From assembly GCA_963756595.1 (NCBI GenBank), contig CAVWOZ010000017.1:26597-90596 (forward strand): a stretch of DNA of 64,000 nucleotides. The letters are read 5' to 3'. Position 1 is the first letter of the stretch; every line of letters starts with the position of its first letter. A program made the position numbers and the translations under genes. Shown here piece after piece: positions 28,396 to 37,684 of the stretch. The notes beneath the pieces are model-generated. The model was not told the DNA's origin, searched no databases, and was given only the letters and a program-made list of their open reading frames with translations. This DNA comes from an uncultured Acidobacteriota bacterium. Its GTDB lineage: Bacteria; Acidobacteriota; Thermoanaerobaculia; Multivoradales; UBA5704.

Positions 28396-29535
28396 TCAAA
28401 CTAACACGGACCGGGCTCCCCAGCGCCTCCCCGTCTCGCCGACGTACGCCGATTCCGGACGGATCAGGCGGCCGGTGGCCAGCTGCTCGAGAGCGTGGGC
28501 CGTCCACCCCGCCACCCGGCCGACGGCGAAGAGGGGGGTGAAGAGATCGGTCGGGAACCCCAGCCCGTGGAGCAGCAGCGCGGTGTAGAACTCGACGTTG
28601 GTGTCGAGCGGGCGGTCGGGCTTGCGCTCGCGCAGCAGGCGCAGGGCGGTCGCCTCGACGGAACGGGCGAGGTCGTAGAGCGCCTCGTCGCCGCCGCGGC
28701 GGTAGAAGCGCTCGGCCGCCGCCGCGAGGACGTCGGCGCGCGGGTCGCGCACCCGGTAGACGCGGTGGCCGAACCCCATCAGCCGCTCGCCGCCGTCGAG
28801 CTTGGCGCGCAGCACCTCTTCGGCCCGCTCAGGCGTGCCGATCTCGAACACCATGTCGAGGGCGGGTCCCGGGGCGCCGCCGTGGAGCGGCCCCTTGAGC
28901 GCCCCCACCGCGCCGGTGATCGCGGAGATCAGGTCCGACCGCGTCGAGACGATCACCCGGGCGGTGAAGGTCGAGGCGTTCAGGCCGTGGTCCGACACCG
29001 TGTTGAGGTAGGTCTCGAGGCCGCGCACCCGCTCGGCGTCCGGCTCCCCGCCGTCGAGCATGTAGAGGAGGTTCGCCGCGGCCCCCAGCTCCGGCCGCGG
29101 CGCCAGCGGTTCCTCGCCGCGCAGCAGCCGCTGGTAGGCGGCCACCAGGGTGGGGAACGCCGCCACCAGCAGCACGGCGTCGTCCTCCGGAGAGGCTCCC
29201 GAGCCCGGAGCGAGGCTCAGGCTTCCGGCGGCCATGCGCAGGGCGTCCATGGCCGGCACCCGCCGCCGCGCCGCCGCGCGCAGCAGCTCGATCGTCTCCG
29301 CCGGCACGCCGTGGCGCCCGGCCAGGCGGCGCCGGAACGCCGCCAGCTCTTCGGGGGTGGGAAGATCGCCGTGCCAGAGGAGCCAGACGACCTCCTCGAC
29401 CGTGGCGTTCGGAGCCAGCTCCTCCACCGGGAAACCGGCGAGGAGGAGAATCCCCGCCGCGCCGTCGACGCTGCTCAAACGGGTCGTGGCCGCCACGACC
29501 CCTTCCAGTCCCTGTCCTTGCGATGTGGTCATCAC
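28396..29535 (-). CDS. Citrate synthase family protein (short form)
   Basis: Citrate-synthase fold motifs: LNASTFTARVIVSTRSD, GPLHGGA, the catalytic-His region GFGHRVYRVRDPR, and the C-terminal helix hairpin. 379 aa. Confidence 0.75.
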   Translation of the reverse strand: MMTTSQGQGLEGVVAATTRLSSVDGAAGILLLAGFPVEELAPNATVEEVVWLLWHGDLPTPEELAAFRRRLAGRHGVPAETIELLRAAARRRVPAMDALRMAAGSLSLAPGSGASPEDDAVLLVAAFPTLVAAYQRLLRGEEPLAPRPELGAAANLLYMLDGGEPDAERVRGLETYLNTVSDHGLNASTFTARVIVSTRSDLISAITGAVGALKGPLHGGAPGPALDMVFEIGTPERAEEVLRAKLDGGERLMGFGHRVYRVRDPRADVLAAAAERFYRRGGDEALYDLARSVEATALRLLRERKPDRPLDTNVEFYTALLLHGLGFPTDLFTPLFAVGRVAGWTAHALEQLATGRLIRPESAYVGETGRRWGARSVLV

Positions 29536-29581
29536 GTTCTCCTTCCACGATCGATCTTCGATCCCCTTCTGTAGGTTGTCA

Positions 29582-29603
29582 ATCTTGATTCGCCAATCAA
29601 GAT
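29582..29603. promoter_or_regulatory. Perfect 9-4-9 AT-rich palindrome (candidate operator) in the divergent promoter region
   Basis: ATCTTGATT-CGCC-AATCAAGAT, 16 bp upstream of the ATG of the HTH-citrate-synthase-like gene. It stands out against the roughly 70% GC background. Confidence 0.45.
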
Positions 29604-29619
29604 ATGGAATCGTGGCGGC

Positions 29620-30823
29620 ATGGAAGAGCGCTTCTTGAACGCCCAGGAGGCGGCCGCCGAGCTCGGCGTGTCGCTCGCCACCCTCTACGCCTACGCGAGC
29701 CGCGGGATGCTGCGCTCGGAGTCGGTTCCAGGCGAGTCGCGCGCGCGGCGCTACCCGCGCGAGGACGTGCTGCGGCTCAAGGAGAAGAAGGAGCTGCGCC
29801 GCGACCCCGAGCGGGTGGCGCCGAAGGCGCTCTCGTGGGGGGCGCCAGTGCTGTCGTCGGCGATCACGCTGGTCGAGGACGGGCGCCTCTACTACCGCGG
29901 GCGGGACGCGACCGAGTTGGCGCGGACGACGGTCGAGGAGGTGGCGGCGCTGATCTGGACCGGCGATGGGGACGCCGCCCAGTCGCTGTTCGCCGGCGAG
30001 CTCCCTCCCCTACCCGGTTGGAGCCTGCCGGCGGGGCTGACCCCGATCGAGCGCTGCCAGGTGGCTGTCCCCTGGATGGGGGCGGCGGACCTCGCGGCGT
30101 GGGACCTGCGGCCAGCGGCGGTGGCGGCGACCGGAGCGCGCATCCTGCGGCGGCTGGCGGGGGTGGCGGCCAGTCTCTCCCAGCGTTGGCGGCATCGCGT
30201 CCATCCTCCAGGCCGGCTGGGCGCCGGGGCGTCCGGAGGTGGCGGCGCCGATCGGCGCGGCACTGATCCTCGCCGCCGACCACGAGCTCAACGTCTCGGC
30301 GTTCACCGCCCGCTGCGTCGCCTCGGCCGCCGCCTCACCCTGGGACGTGGTCTCGGCCGGGCTCGCAGCGCTCAAGGGGGCGCGCCACGGCGGCCACACG
30401 GCGCGAGTGGAGGCGCTGTTCCGGGAGATCGGAACGGCGGCGGAGGCGCGGCAGGTCCTCGCCGGCCGCCTGCGGCGCGGCGAGGAGATCCCGGGGTTCG
30501 GGCACCCGCTCTACCCGGATGGCGACCCGCGCGGCGCGGCGCTGCTCGCGCTGGCGGCCGGGCTCGCCCCGGATTCGCCGGCGGTCGGCGAGGCGCGGGC
30601 GCTCGCCGAGGCCGGGCGCGAGCTGCTCGGCGAGCACCCCACGATCGACCTCGGCCTGGTCGCCTTGAGCCACGCCCTCGACCTGCCGGAGCACACGCCG
30701 CTGGCCCTCTTCGCGCTCGGCCGCACTATCGGCTGGATCGGTCACGCCATCGAGGAATACGCCGCGAACCGGCTGATCCGCCCGCGCGCCGCCTACGTCG
30801 GCGAGCCTCCCGCGCCCGGCTGA
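29620..30823 (+). CDS. HTH (MerR/excisionase-type) domain fused to a citrate-synthase-like domain, frameshifted near 30180
   Basis: N-terminal HTH_17-like motif LNAQEAAAELGVSLATLYAYASRGML. The citrate-synthase-like body changes frame at about 30180 (frame 1 ...RLAGVAASLS | frame 2 VGGIASILQAGW...AALILAADHELNVSAFTARCVAS...EIPGFGHPLYPDGDPR). Confidence 0.65.
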
Positions 30824-31025
30824 CGTCGGCAGGTCCGGTTCCATCGAGATGTCCCTATCTACTCACCGGGACGCACCTCTCTTTACGAAGAGTGGCTGAA
30901 TTTCAGTCCTGTTTTCAATCAATTGCAGGTTACTCCAGGATGGACCGCCGCGCACCGCGGCCTTTTCGACCAACCCTTCCGGCGTCCCTTCCCCACGCGA
31001 ATGGACCCTCAGAAAGGATAGATCC

Positions 31026-32045
31026 ATGCCGAAGTTTGTGCTCGACCACGACGAGGTGGCGTCGATCCAGAAGCTGCTCGCCGGGATCGCGGCGAAGTAC
31101 CGCTCGGCCGAGGACCCCGAGCTCCTGCTCGAGGCGAATCTGCTGGCCCACGAGCTCCCCCGCCGCCTGCGCGCCGCTCTCAACGAGTTCCGCCTCACCG
31201 AGCCCGACGAGGCGATGCTGGTCATCTCGGGGTTCCCGGTCGACGACGTGAAGATCGGCTTGACGCCCGAGCACTGGAAGCTGTCGTCGGAACAGCGGGA
31301 GCCCACCCTCGAGGAGGAGATCCTCTTCGTGCTCGCCGGCTCGCTGCTCGGCGAGTGCATCGGCTGGGCGACCCAGCAGGACGGCCGGATCGTGCACGAC
31401 GTGATGCCGGTCAAGGGGATGGAGCAGGAGCAGATCGGCATCGGCAGCGAGCAGACCATCTGGTGGCACACCGAGGACGCCTTCCACCCGCTGGCCGGCG
31501 ACTACATCGGGCTGATGTTCCTGCGCAACCCGGACCACGTGCCGACCACTTTCGCCCCCGTCGCCGATCTGGGGCTCGCCGACGAGGACCTCGACCTCCT
31601 CTTCGCGCCCCACTTCACCATCCAGCCCGACAAGTCGCACCGGCCGGAGAACGCCGGCGACGCCAAGGGGGAGGGGGACGGCCACCTCTTCGATCACATC
31701 GAGGAGCTGCGCAAGGCGCCGCCGAAGATCGCCATCCTCTCCGGCGACCGCAAGTCCCCCTACATCCGGATCGACCCCTACTTCATGGACCCGGCGGCCG
31801 ACAGCCCGCGGGCGCTCCAGGCGTTCGAGGCGCTGGTCAAGGCGCTCGACGCGCGGATCGGCGACCTCGCCCTCGACGCCGGCGAGATCTGCTTCGTCGA
31901 CAACCGCAAAGCGGTGCACGGCCGCCGCGCCTTCAAGGCGCGCTACGACGGCCACGACCGCTGGTTCAAGCGGATGAACATCACGCGCGACCTCCGGAAG
32001 TCGCGGGAGGCCCGCTCCGACGCGGCGTCACGGATCATCCAGTAA
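31026..32045 (+). CDS. Fe(II)/2-oxoglutarate-dependent oxygenase, clavaminate-synthase-like (VioC/AsnO/MppO-type amino-acid beta-hydroxylase family)
   Basis: 339 aa with the HxE/D facial-triad motif WHTEDAFHP and the distal H...R pair in RKAVHGRRAF. Size and motif spacing match VioC/AsnO. AAAGGA SD before the ATG. Adjacent to the NRPS cluster. Confidence 0.65.
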   Translation: MPKFVLDHDEVASIQKLLAGIAAKYRSAEDPELLLEANLLAHELPRRLRAALNEFRLTEPDEAMLVISGFPVDDVKIGLTPEHWKLSSEQREPTLEEEILFVLAGSLLGECIGWATQQDGRIVHDVMPVKGMEQEQIGIGSEQTIWWHTEDAFHPLAGDYIGLMFLRNPDHVPTTFAPVADLGLADEDLDLLFAPHFTIQPDKSHRPENAGDAKGEGDGHLFDHIEELRKAPPKIAILSGDRKSPYIRIDPYFMDPAADSPRALQAFEALVKALDARIGDLALDAGEICFVDNRKAVHGRRAFKARYDGHDRWFKRMNITRDLRKSREARSDAASRIIQ

Positions 32046-32110
32046 ACAGACGGCGCCGGGCGCTGTGATATGAAAGCCCGCTCATTACGCGCCACCTAGG
32101 AGATCGAAGC

Positions 32111-32833
32111 TTGGACCCACTCCCCCGCCGCCGACCGAAGTCCGGAAACGCCGCCTTCCCCGCCTCCGGCGGCGGGATGCGGGCGCTGTTCCTGGGGAGC
32201 AGCCTCACCTACGCCAACGACATGCCCTTCATCGTGCAGGCGATGGCGCGGGCGATCGGCAAATCGCTCGACGTCGCCGTGGTGGCGCAGGGCGGGGCCA
32301 ACCTCGAGGACCAGTGGCACCGCGGCGAGGCGCTGCGCAAGATCAAGGAGGGGGGGTGGAGCTTCGTGATCCTGCAGCAGGGGCCGTCGACGGTGCCGGA
32401 GAACCGCGAGAACATGCGGGAGTACACGCGCCGCTTCGCCGAGCCGATCCACAAGGCGGGAGGCCGGCCGGCGCTCTACATGGTCTGGCCGAGCGCCGAC
32501 CGCATGGCCTGGTTCGACGAGGTCCGCAAGTCCTACACGCTGGCCGCCGAGGACGTCGGCGGCATGCTGATCCCGGCCGGCGAGGCCTGGCGGGCGGCGT
32601 GGCGGCGCGATCCCGACGTTTCCCTGCTCAAGCGCGACGGCGTCCACCCCACCCCGGCGGGGTCGTTCACGGTGGCGCTGTCGATCTTCGGCATGCTGTT
32701 CAGCCGCTCGCCGGTGGGGCTGCCGGCGCGCGTGAGGCTGCGCCACGGCGCCTTCGCGCAGGTGGCGCCGTCCCTCGCGCCCCTCCTCCAGGACGCGGCC
32801 GCCGAAGCCAACGACCAGTACGGCCTGCGATGA
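32111..32833 (+). CDS. SGNH/GDSL-like hydrolase family protein (DUF4886-like), paralog 1
   Basis: Block I ALFLGSSLTYAND (a GNSL-like motif) and a DxxH-like C-terminal motif (DGVHPTPAG). TTG start at 32111 preceded by a TAGGAGA SD; the alternative ATG is at 32177. No signal peptide is evident. Confidence 0.5.
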   Translation: MDPLPRRRPKSGNAAFPASGGGMRALFLGSSLTYANDMPFIVQAMARAIGKSLDVAVVAQGGANLEDQWHRGEALRKIKEGGWSFVILQQGPSTVPENRENMREYTRRFAEPIHKAGGRPALYMVWPSADRMAWFDEVRKSYTLAAEDVGGMLIPAGEAWRAAWRRDPDVSLLKRDGVHPTPAGSFTVALSIFGMLFSRSPVGLPARVRLRHGAFAQVAPSLAPLLQDAAAEANDQYGLR

Positions 32834-32885
32834 ACCCCCACGGCGCGATCCCGCGCTCCATCCATCACCCATGGGAGACCGGCAG

Positions 32886-33680
32886 ATGTCGATTCGAGGC
32901 AACGGCCTTTCCGTCGCCGGCGCGGCTTCGCGCCTCGCGATCATCCTGTCCCTGCTGTTCGGCTGCGCCGGCAAGTCCGGCGCGGAGCCCGAGAAAGGCG
33001 AACCCGTGAAATCCGGCAAGACTCTGCGCGTCCTCTTCCTCGGCAACAGCCTGACCTACGCCAACGAGATCCCGCTCATCGTGCAGGCGCTCGCCAGGTC
33101 GGCCGGCCAGGAGCTCTACGTCGAATCGATCACGTATCCCAACTTCAACCTCGAGGACCAGTGGAACCAGGGGGACGCGCTGCGCGCCCTCGACACCAAG
33201 AAGTGGGATTACGTGGTGATGCAGCAGGGACCCTCGTCGCTGATCGAAAACCGCGAGGACATGCGCAAGTGGGCCAAGCAGTTCGCCCCCCGGATCAAGA
33301 AGGCCGGCGCCCGCCCCGCGATGTACATGGTGTGGCCGGACAAGAGCCGGATGGCCTACTTCGACGACGTCCGCGAGGCCTACTCGCTCACCGCCTCGGA
33401 CATCAAGGGGATGTTCATCCCCGCCGGCGAGGCGTGGCGGGCGGCCTGGAAGCGGGATCCGGGCGCCCCGCTCTACTCCTACGACGACTTCCATCCGTCG
33501 GTCGCCGGCTCCTACACCTCGGCGCTGTCGATCTACGGCATGCTCTACAACCGGCCGTTGCAGGGGCTCCCCGCGAAGCTCACGATCGCCGGCAGCCACG
33601 ACATCGAAGTCCCCGCGCCGCTCGCCAAGCTTCTCCAGGAGGCGGCGACCGAGGCGAACCAGAAGTACGGCCGCCCCTGA
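32886..33680 (+). CDS. SGNH/GDSL-like hydrolase family lipoprotein, paralog 2
   Basis: About 55% identical to paralog 1 (VLFLGNSLTYANEIPLIVQALAR...MYMVWPDKSRMAYFDDVREAY...DDFHPSVAGSY). Lipoprotein signal MSIRGNGLSVAGAASRLAIILSLLFGCAG with a GGGAGA SD. The longest ORF begins at 32871. Confidence 0.55.
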   Translation: MSIRGNGLSVAGAASRLAIILSLLFGCAGKSGAEPEKGEPVKSGKTLRVLFLGNSLTYANEIPLIVQALARSAGQELYVESITYPNFNLEDQWNQGDALRALDTKKWDYVVMQQGPSSLIENREDMRKWAKQFAPRIKKAGARPAMYMVWPDKSRMAYFDDVREAYSLTASDIKGMFIPAGEAWRAAWKRDPGAPLYSYDDFHPSVAGSYTSALSIYGMLYNRPLQGLPAKLTIAGSHDIEVPAPLAKLLQEAATEANQKYGRP

Positions 33681-33712
33681 AAACCTTTCTATAAAGATCG
33701 TCCCAAAATCAA

Positions 33713-33760
33713 CGGGCCGCCGGCGATCTCACGATCGCGGCGGCCCGTTCGCTTTTCACC
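33713..33760. terminator. Hairpin terminator between the convergent SGNH gene and the OMP gene
   Basis: CGGGCCGCCG, a palindromic loop CGATCTCACGATCG, then CGGCGGCCCG, followed by TTCGCTTTTC. Confidence 0.5.
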
Positions 33761-33765
33761 CCGGC

Positions 33766-36156
33766 CTAGTACAGGAAGGCGTAGCCGATCTTCACGAAGA
33801 AGGAACGGTCGGTCTGCGTCAGGGGGATGCCGAAGATCCCCTGCCGGGTGTTGGTGTAGCCGGTGAACAGCACGGTCTGCGGGTTGATCTTGTAGGAGAA
33901 GAGGAACTGCCCGAAGAGGTTCTTGTCGTGCCGCTCGACTGGGAAGGTGTAGAGGTCGGGGTCGCGGCTGATGTCCTGGTACTGGATGATGGCGCGCACG
34001 AAGGTGCGGACGTTGAACTGGTAGACGATGCGCGCCTGCGAGAGCTGGGCGTCGAACAATTCGCCCCCGGCCACGCGCAGCTTCTCGTCCTCGTAGGAGC
34101 CGGTGAGCTGGAGGTGATCGCCGAGGCGGATCTGCGCCGAGGGGAGCCAGGTCACCGAGCGCGCCGGCCGCGTGTTGTCGAAGTCGATGTCGTCGCCGAA
34201 CTGGGTGGAGAGGCTGAGCTTGAGCCCGCCCGTCGGGTTGAAGGTGAAGTTGACGAGTTGCTGGTCGTAATCGAAGGTGACCCCGTTGAAGAACGTCTTG
34301 TTCTGGTAGTAGTGGGCGTCGAGCGCCGACTGCAGCGGCCCGGCGTAGGTGCCGTAGAGCTCGACGGTCTGGTCGGTCAGCGTCCCCTGATGGTCCTCGG
34401 TGCGCAGGGCGTGGAGGCCGACGCTCGCCTGCGCGTACCAGCCGCCCCGGCGATCGCTGTAGAAGTCGCGCTCGATCTCCCCCTCGGAGGTCTTGATGTC
34501 GACCCGCGGGATGAAGCCGCTGTCGGCGCGGAAGCCGGGGCCGAGGTCCTCGTAGGTGGCGAAGCCGCGCCAGGTGCGCGAGATGTGGTTGTACTGCAGG
34601 TGATAGGCGTCGTCCTGGAAGGCGTTGACCGACTGATCGTTGCGCTGCGCGACGGCCAGCGGATACTGGGTGTCCGAGCGCAGGTACTGGACGCGCACGG
34701 TGTCCGACGGGGTGAGGCGGAAGAAGCCGTCGAGCCCGCCCAGCCGGTTGTGGTAGTCGTCCCCCTTCCCCTCGCGGTCGGTGTAGAGGACGCCGAGCGT
34801 CGAGCGGTCGCCGACGTCGCGCCGGTAGCGCACCACGCTGCTGTCCACCTTGTCGTCGAGGAAGGCGAACGAGGAGTTCTGGTTCGAGGGGATGATCAGG
34901 TTGTTGAGGGCGTCCTGCGCCACGAACAGGCCGAGGGCGTTCTTCCCCTCCTTGGCGTTGACCTTGATCCCCCAGTCCGGGTCGGCCACCGTGCGGGTGA
35001 AGACGGCCTGGAGCGGGGTCAGGAAGAGGTCGGCCCCCTCGAGGAAGAACGGGCGCTTCTCCGGGTAGAAGAGGGCGAAGCGGGTGTTGATCGCGAGCTG
35101 GGCGACGTCGGCCTCGACCTGCGAGAAGTCGGGGTTGACCGCCGCTTCGAGCGAGACGTTCGGGGTGACCCCCCAGCGCGCGGTGATGCCGGGGTCGACC
35201 TTCGACTTGTCCTTCTGGAGATGCCCGTCGGGGAAGGAGTCGAGGGTGTCGCTGCGCAGGCCGGTCAGCGTCGGATCGAGCTCGAGGTTGCGGCCGGGCG
35301 CGATCCCCTGGAAACCGGAGATCTTGTTCTCTTCGCAGAGGGTGCAGTCCTTGGCGCGGTCGGTGTGGCGCGAGGAGATGCGGTGGCGGACGTTGCGCGG
35401 ATAGCTCCGGAACATCTCGATCCCCCAGGTCTGCGCCGCCGCGGTGCGCGGGAAGCGCAGCTGGCGGAAGGGGATGGCGACCTCGGCCACCCAGCCGTCG
35501 GCGGTGATCCGTCCGGCGGAGTTCCAGATCGCGTCCCAGGAGAAGTCCTCCACCCCGTTGGCCTCGGCGAACACGCCGTCGACCTGCACGCCGAGCGGGT
35601 TGACGCGGAACTGGAAGGCGCGCCGCTCGTCGTTGAAGGTGTCGATCTGGAAGCCGACGTGGTCGTCCTGAACGAACGGTCCGGTGGCGTCGCGGTCCAT
35701 GTAGTGGGCGCGGATCGCCTTCGGATCGGGGTCCTGGCAGCGGAAGGCGACGTAGAGGTTGTCGCCATCGTAGGTGACCAGCGCCTCGGTCTTCACCGGC
35801 GGAGTGACGTTGTCGCCGGGGTACCACTCGTAGGGAAGATCGATCACCGTCGCCGTCTTCCAGGCGTCCTCGTCGAGGATGCCGTCGATCTTGATCGGCG
35901 TCGTGGCGCGGGTGACCTGGAACTGGCGCAGCCCGATGGCCTCCGGCTGCGGCGGGACCGGGTGCTCGGGCACCGGCGGGGTGAGGTGCTCGGGCTGCGG
36001 CACGGCGGGCATGGCGGGCTGCGCCTGGGGCTGGGCCGGCGCGGGCGGCTGGGCCGGCGCGACGGTCTCCTGCGCCCGGGCGCCGCCGGCGAGCAGGGCG
36101 GCGAGCCCGGTGGCGGCGAGCAGACCGGTGCGGATTCTATGCATAGAGGCTCTCAT
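33766..36156 (-). CDS. Outer-membrane protein with N-terminal CBM9/DOMON-like domain and DUF5916 beta-barrel
   Basis: Signal peptide (MRASMHRIRTGLLAATGLAALLAGGARAQE) and a Pro-rich linker. The CBM9-like region is IKIDGILDEDAWKTATVIDLPYEWYPGDN...NLYVAFRC. The C-terminal residue is aromatic (...IGYAFLY), an OMP beta-barrel signature. The longest ORF runs to 36210. Confidence 0.55.
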   Translation of the reverse strand: MRASMHRIRTGLLAATGLAALLAGGARAQETVAPAQPPAPAQPQAQPAMPAVPQPEHLTPPVPEHPVPPQPEAIGLRQFQVTRATTPIKIDGILDEDAWKTATVIDLPYEWYPGDNVTPPVKTEALVTYDGDNLYVAFRCQDPDPKAIRAHYMDRDATGPFVQDDHVGFQIDTFNDERRAFQFRVNPLGVQVDGVFAEANGVEDFSWDAIWNSAGRITADGWVAEVAIPFRQLRFPRTAAAQTWGIEMFRSYPRNVRHRISSRHTDRAKDCTLCEENKISGFQGIAPGRNLELDPTLTGLRSDTLDSFPDGHLQKDKSKVDPGITARWGVTPNVSLEAAVNPDFSQVEADVAQLAINTRFALFYPEKRPFFLEGADLFLTPLQAVFTRTVADPDWGIKVNAKEGKNALGLFVAQDALNNLIIPSNQNSSFAFLDDKVDSSVVRYRRDVGDRSTLGVLYTDREGKGDDYHNRLGGLDGFFRLTPSDTVRVQYLRSDTQYPLAVAQRNDQSVNAFQDDAYHLQYNHISRTWRGFATYEDLGPGFRADSGFIPRVDIKTSEGEIERDFYSDRRGGWYAQASVGLHALRTEDHQGTLTDQTVELYGTYAGPLQSALDAHYYQNKTFFNGVTFDYDQQLVNFTFNPTGGLKLSLSTQFGDDIDFDNTRPARSVTWLPSAQIRLGDHLQLTGSYEDEKLRVAGGELFDAQLSQARIVYQFNVRTFVRAIIQYQDISRDPDLYTFPVERHDKNLFGQFLFSYKINPQTVLFTGYTNTRQGIFGIPLTQTDRSFFVKIGYAFLY

Positions 36157-36237
36157 CGAAAGTTCGTCTCCAGAAAAAATCGGATCGAAAACGGAGGGCG
36201 GGGGCGGCACCTGCGCGGCGCGCCCCCGCCTCCTCGC

Positions 36238-37629
36238 TCAGGCCTGGGCGGGAGCCGCCTCGTCGGGGACGTCGGCCGCCGCCTCGGGCTCCGGCTCCGG
36301 CTCCGGCGCCTTCCGCTTGGGGGCGTCGGGAAGCTCGGCCTCGACGTTGCGCACGCGCGGGTTGAGCAGCCCCATCAGGGCGACGAGCGCGGGGACCAGC
36401 GCCATCGAGACCATCAGCAGGCCGATGCCGCGGCCGGGACCGACGCCGATCACCCGGCCGGCGACCGTGCCGGCGAGCACGCCGCCGACCATCATCGCCG
36501 GGTTGAAGATCTTGTCGGCCAGCGGGCCGGCCGAGAAGTCGCCGAGCGGTACGGTGAACTGGGCGATCATGCGGCGCACCGCGAAGACCCGCCCCTGGAC
36601 GTCGCCCGGGGTCTTGCTCTGCCAGATCGCCTGGCTCGAGGCGTTCATGATCGGCAGGCCGATGTACCAGAGCAGCACGCCCGCCCCCACCATGTAGATG
36701 TTGGGACGCAGGCCGATGATCACGAACCAGACGCCGAGCGCCGCCCAGGCGCCGAGCACGCCGTAGATCCGCTTCTTGGGGCCGCCGGTGGCGGTCATGA
36801 TGGCGCCGCCGATCAGCGTGCCGACGCCGACCAGACCCATGATCGTCCCCACCGCCGCCTCGTTGGCGAAGGCCGCGATCATCGGCAGGATGGCGACGCC
36901 GCACATCGACATCACGAAGTTGATCAGGGCGAACAGGAGGAGGAGGTTGAAGAGGCCCGGCCGCTCGCGGATGAAGGTCCAGCCGAACGCCGCCTCCTTC
37001 CAGATCGAGCCCTTGGCGCGCTTCCCCTCCTCGCTCTGCTCCGGCCGCGGCACGTGCACGAACAGCAGCGCGCCGGCGGCGAACAGGAAGGTGACGAAGT
37101 CGATGACCAGGATCTTCGCGATGCCGCCGAAGATGACCATCAGGAAGCCGCCGATGGCGGGGCCGGCGATGGTGGTCGCCGAGCCGGCGAACTCGAGGAA
37201 GCCATTGACCCGCCCGTAGTCCTTGGGCTGCACCAGCAGGGTGATGGCCGCGATGTAGGCCGGCCACTGGAAGGTTGCGATGATCGAGTTGAAGATCACC
37301 CCGATGTAGATGTGCCAGACCTGGAGCTGGTTCTGCGACAGCAGGTAGGCGTAGGTTCCCACCGTGATCGCCGGGCCGATGCTGCACCAGAAGAGGACCC
37401 ACTTCCGGTCCCAGCGGTCGACGAGGGCGCCGGCGATCGGCCCGATGAAGATCCCGGGGAGCCCCGCGAAGACGATCGTCAAGGTGAACTGGGTCACCGA
37501 GTGGGTGTGCTTGAGCACCCACAGGCTGAGCGCGAAGCTGGTCAGCCCGGAGCCCATCAGGGAGACGAACTGTCCCACCCAGATGATCACGAACGTCTTG
37601 AAGGCACTGCTTTCTTTTGGTTCTGACAT
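36238..37629 (-). CDS. MFS transporter (EntS/macrolide-exporter-like), probable peptide exporter
   Basis: 12-14 TM helices and the MFS motif GALVDRWDRK. Lies immediately downstream of the last NRPS gene on the same strand, 55 bp away. Confidence 0.8.
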   Translation of the reverse strand: MSEPKESSAFKTFVIIWVGQFVSLMGSGLTSFALSLWVLKHTHSVTQFTLTIVFAGLPGIFIGPIAGALVDRWDRKWVLFWCSIGPAITVGTYAYLLSQNQLQVWHIYIGVIFNSIIATFQWPAYIAAITLLVQPKDYGRVNGFLEFAGSATTIAGPAIGGFLMVIFGGIAKILVIDFVTFLFAAGALLFVHVPRPEQSEEGKRAKGSIWKEAAFGWTFIRERPGLFNLLLLFALINFVMSMCGVAILPMIAAFANEAAVGTIMGLVGVGTLIGGAIMTATGGPKKRIYGVLGAWAALGVWFVIIGLRPNIYMVGAGVLLWYIGLPIMNASSQAIWQSKTPGDVQGRVFAVRRMIAQFTVPLGDFSAGPLADKIFNPAMMVGGVLAGTVAGRVIGVGPGRGIGLLMVSMALVPALVALMGLLNPRVRNVEAELPDAPKRKAPEPEPEPEAAADVPDEAAPAQA

Positions 37630-37684
37630 GTTTTCCCTTTGCTCGCGGAGCCGCGCCGAGCGGTCTCGTGAAAATGGTGGAAAC

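Noticed and set aside
24688-28541. 921-aa and 1198-aa Arg/Gly-rich ORFs overlapping the VWA gene
   Set aside because: They are antisense or alternative-frame artifacts. The 972-aa frame has a signal peptide and VWA MIDAS motifs.
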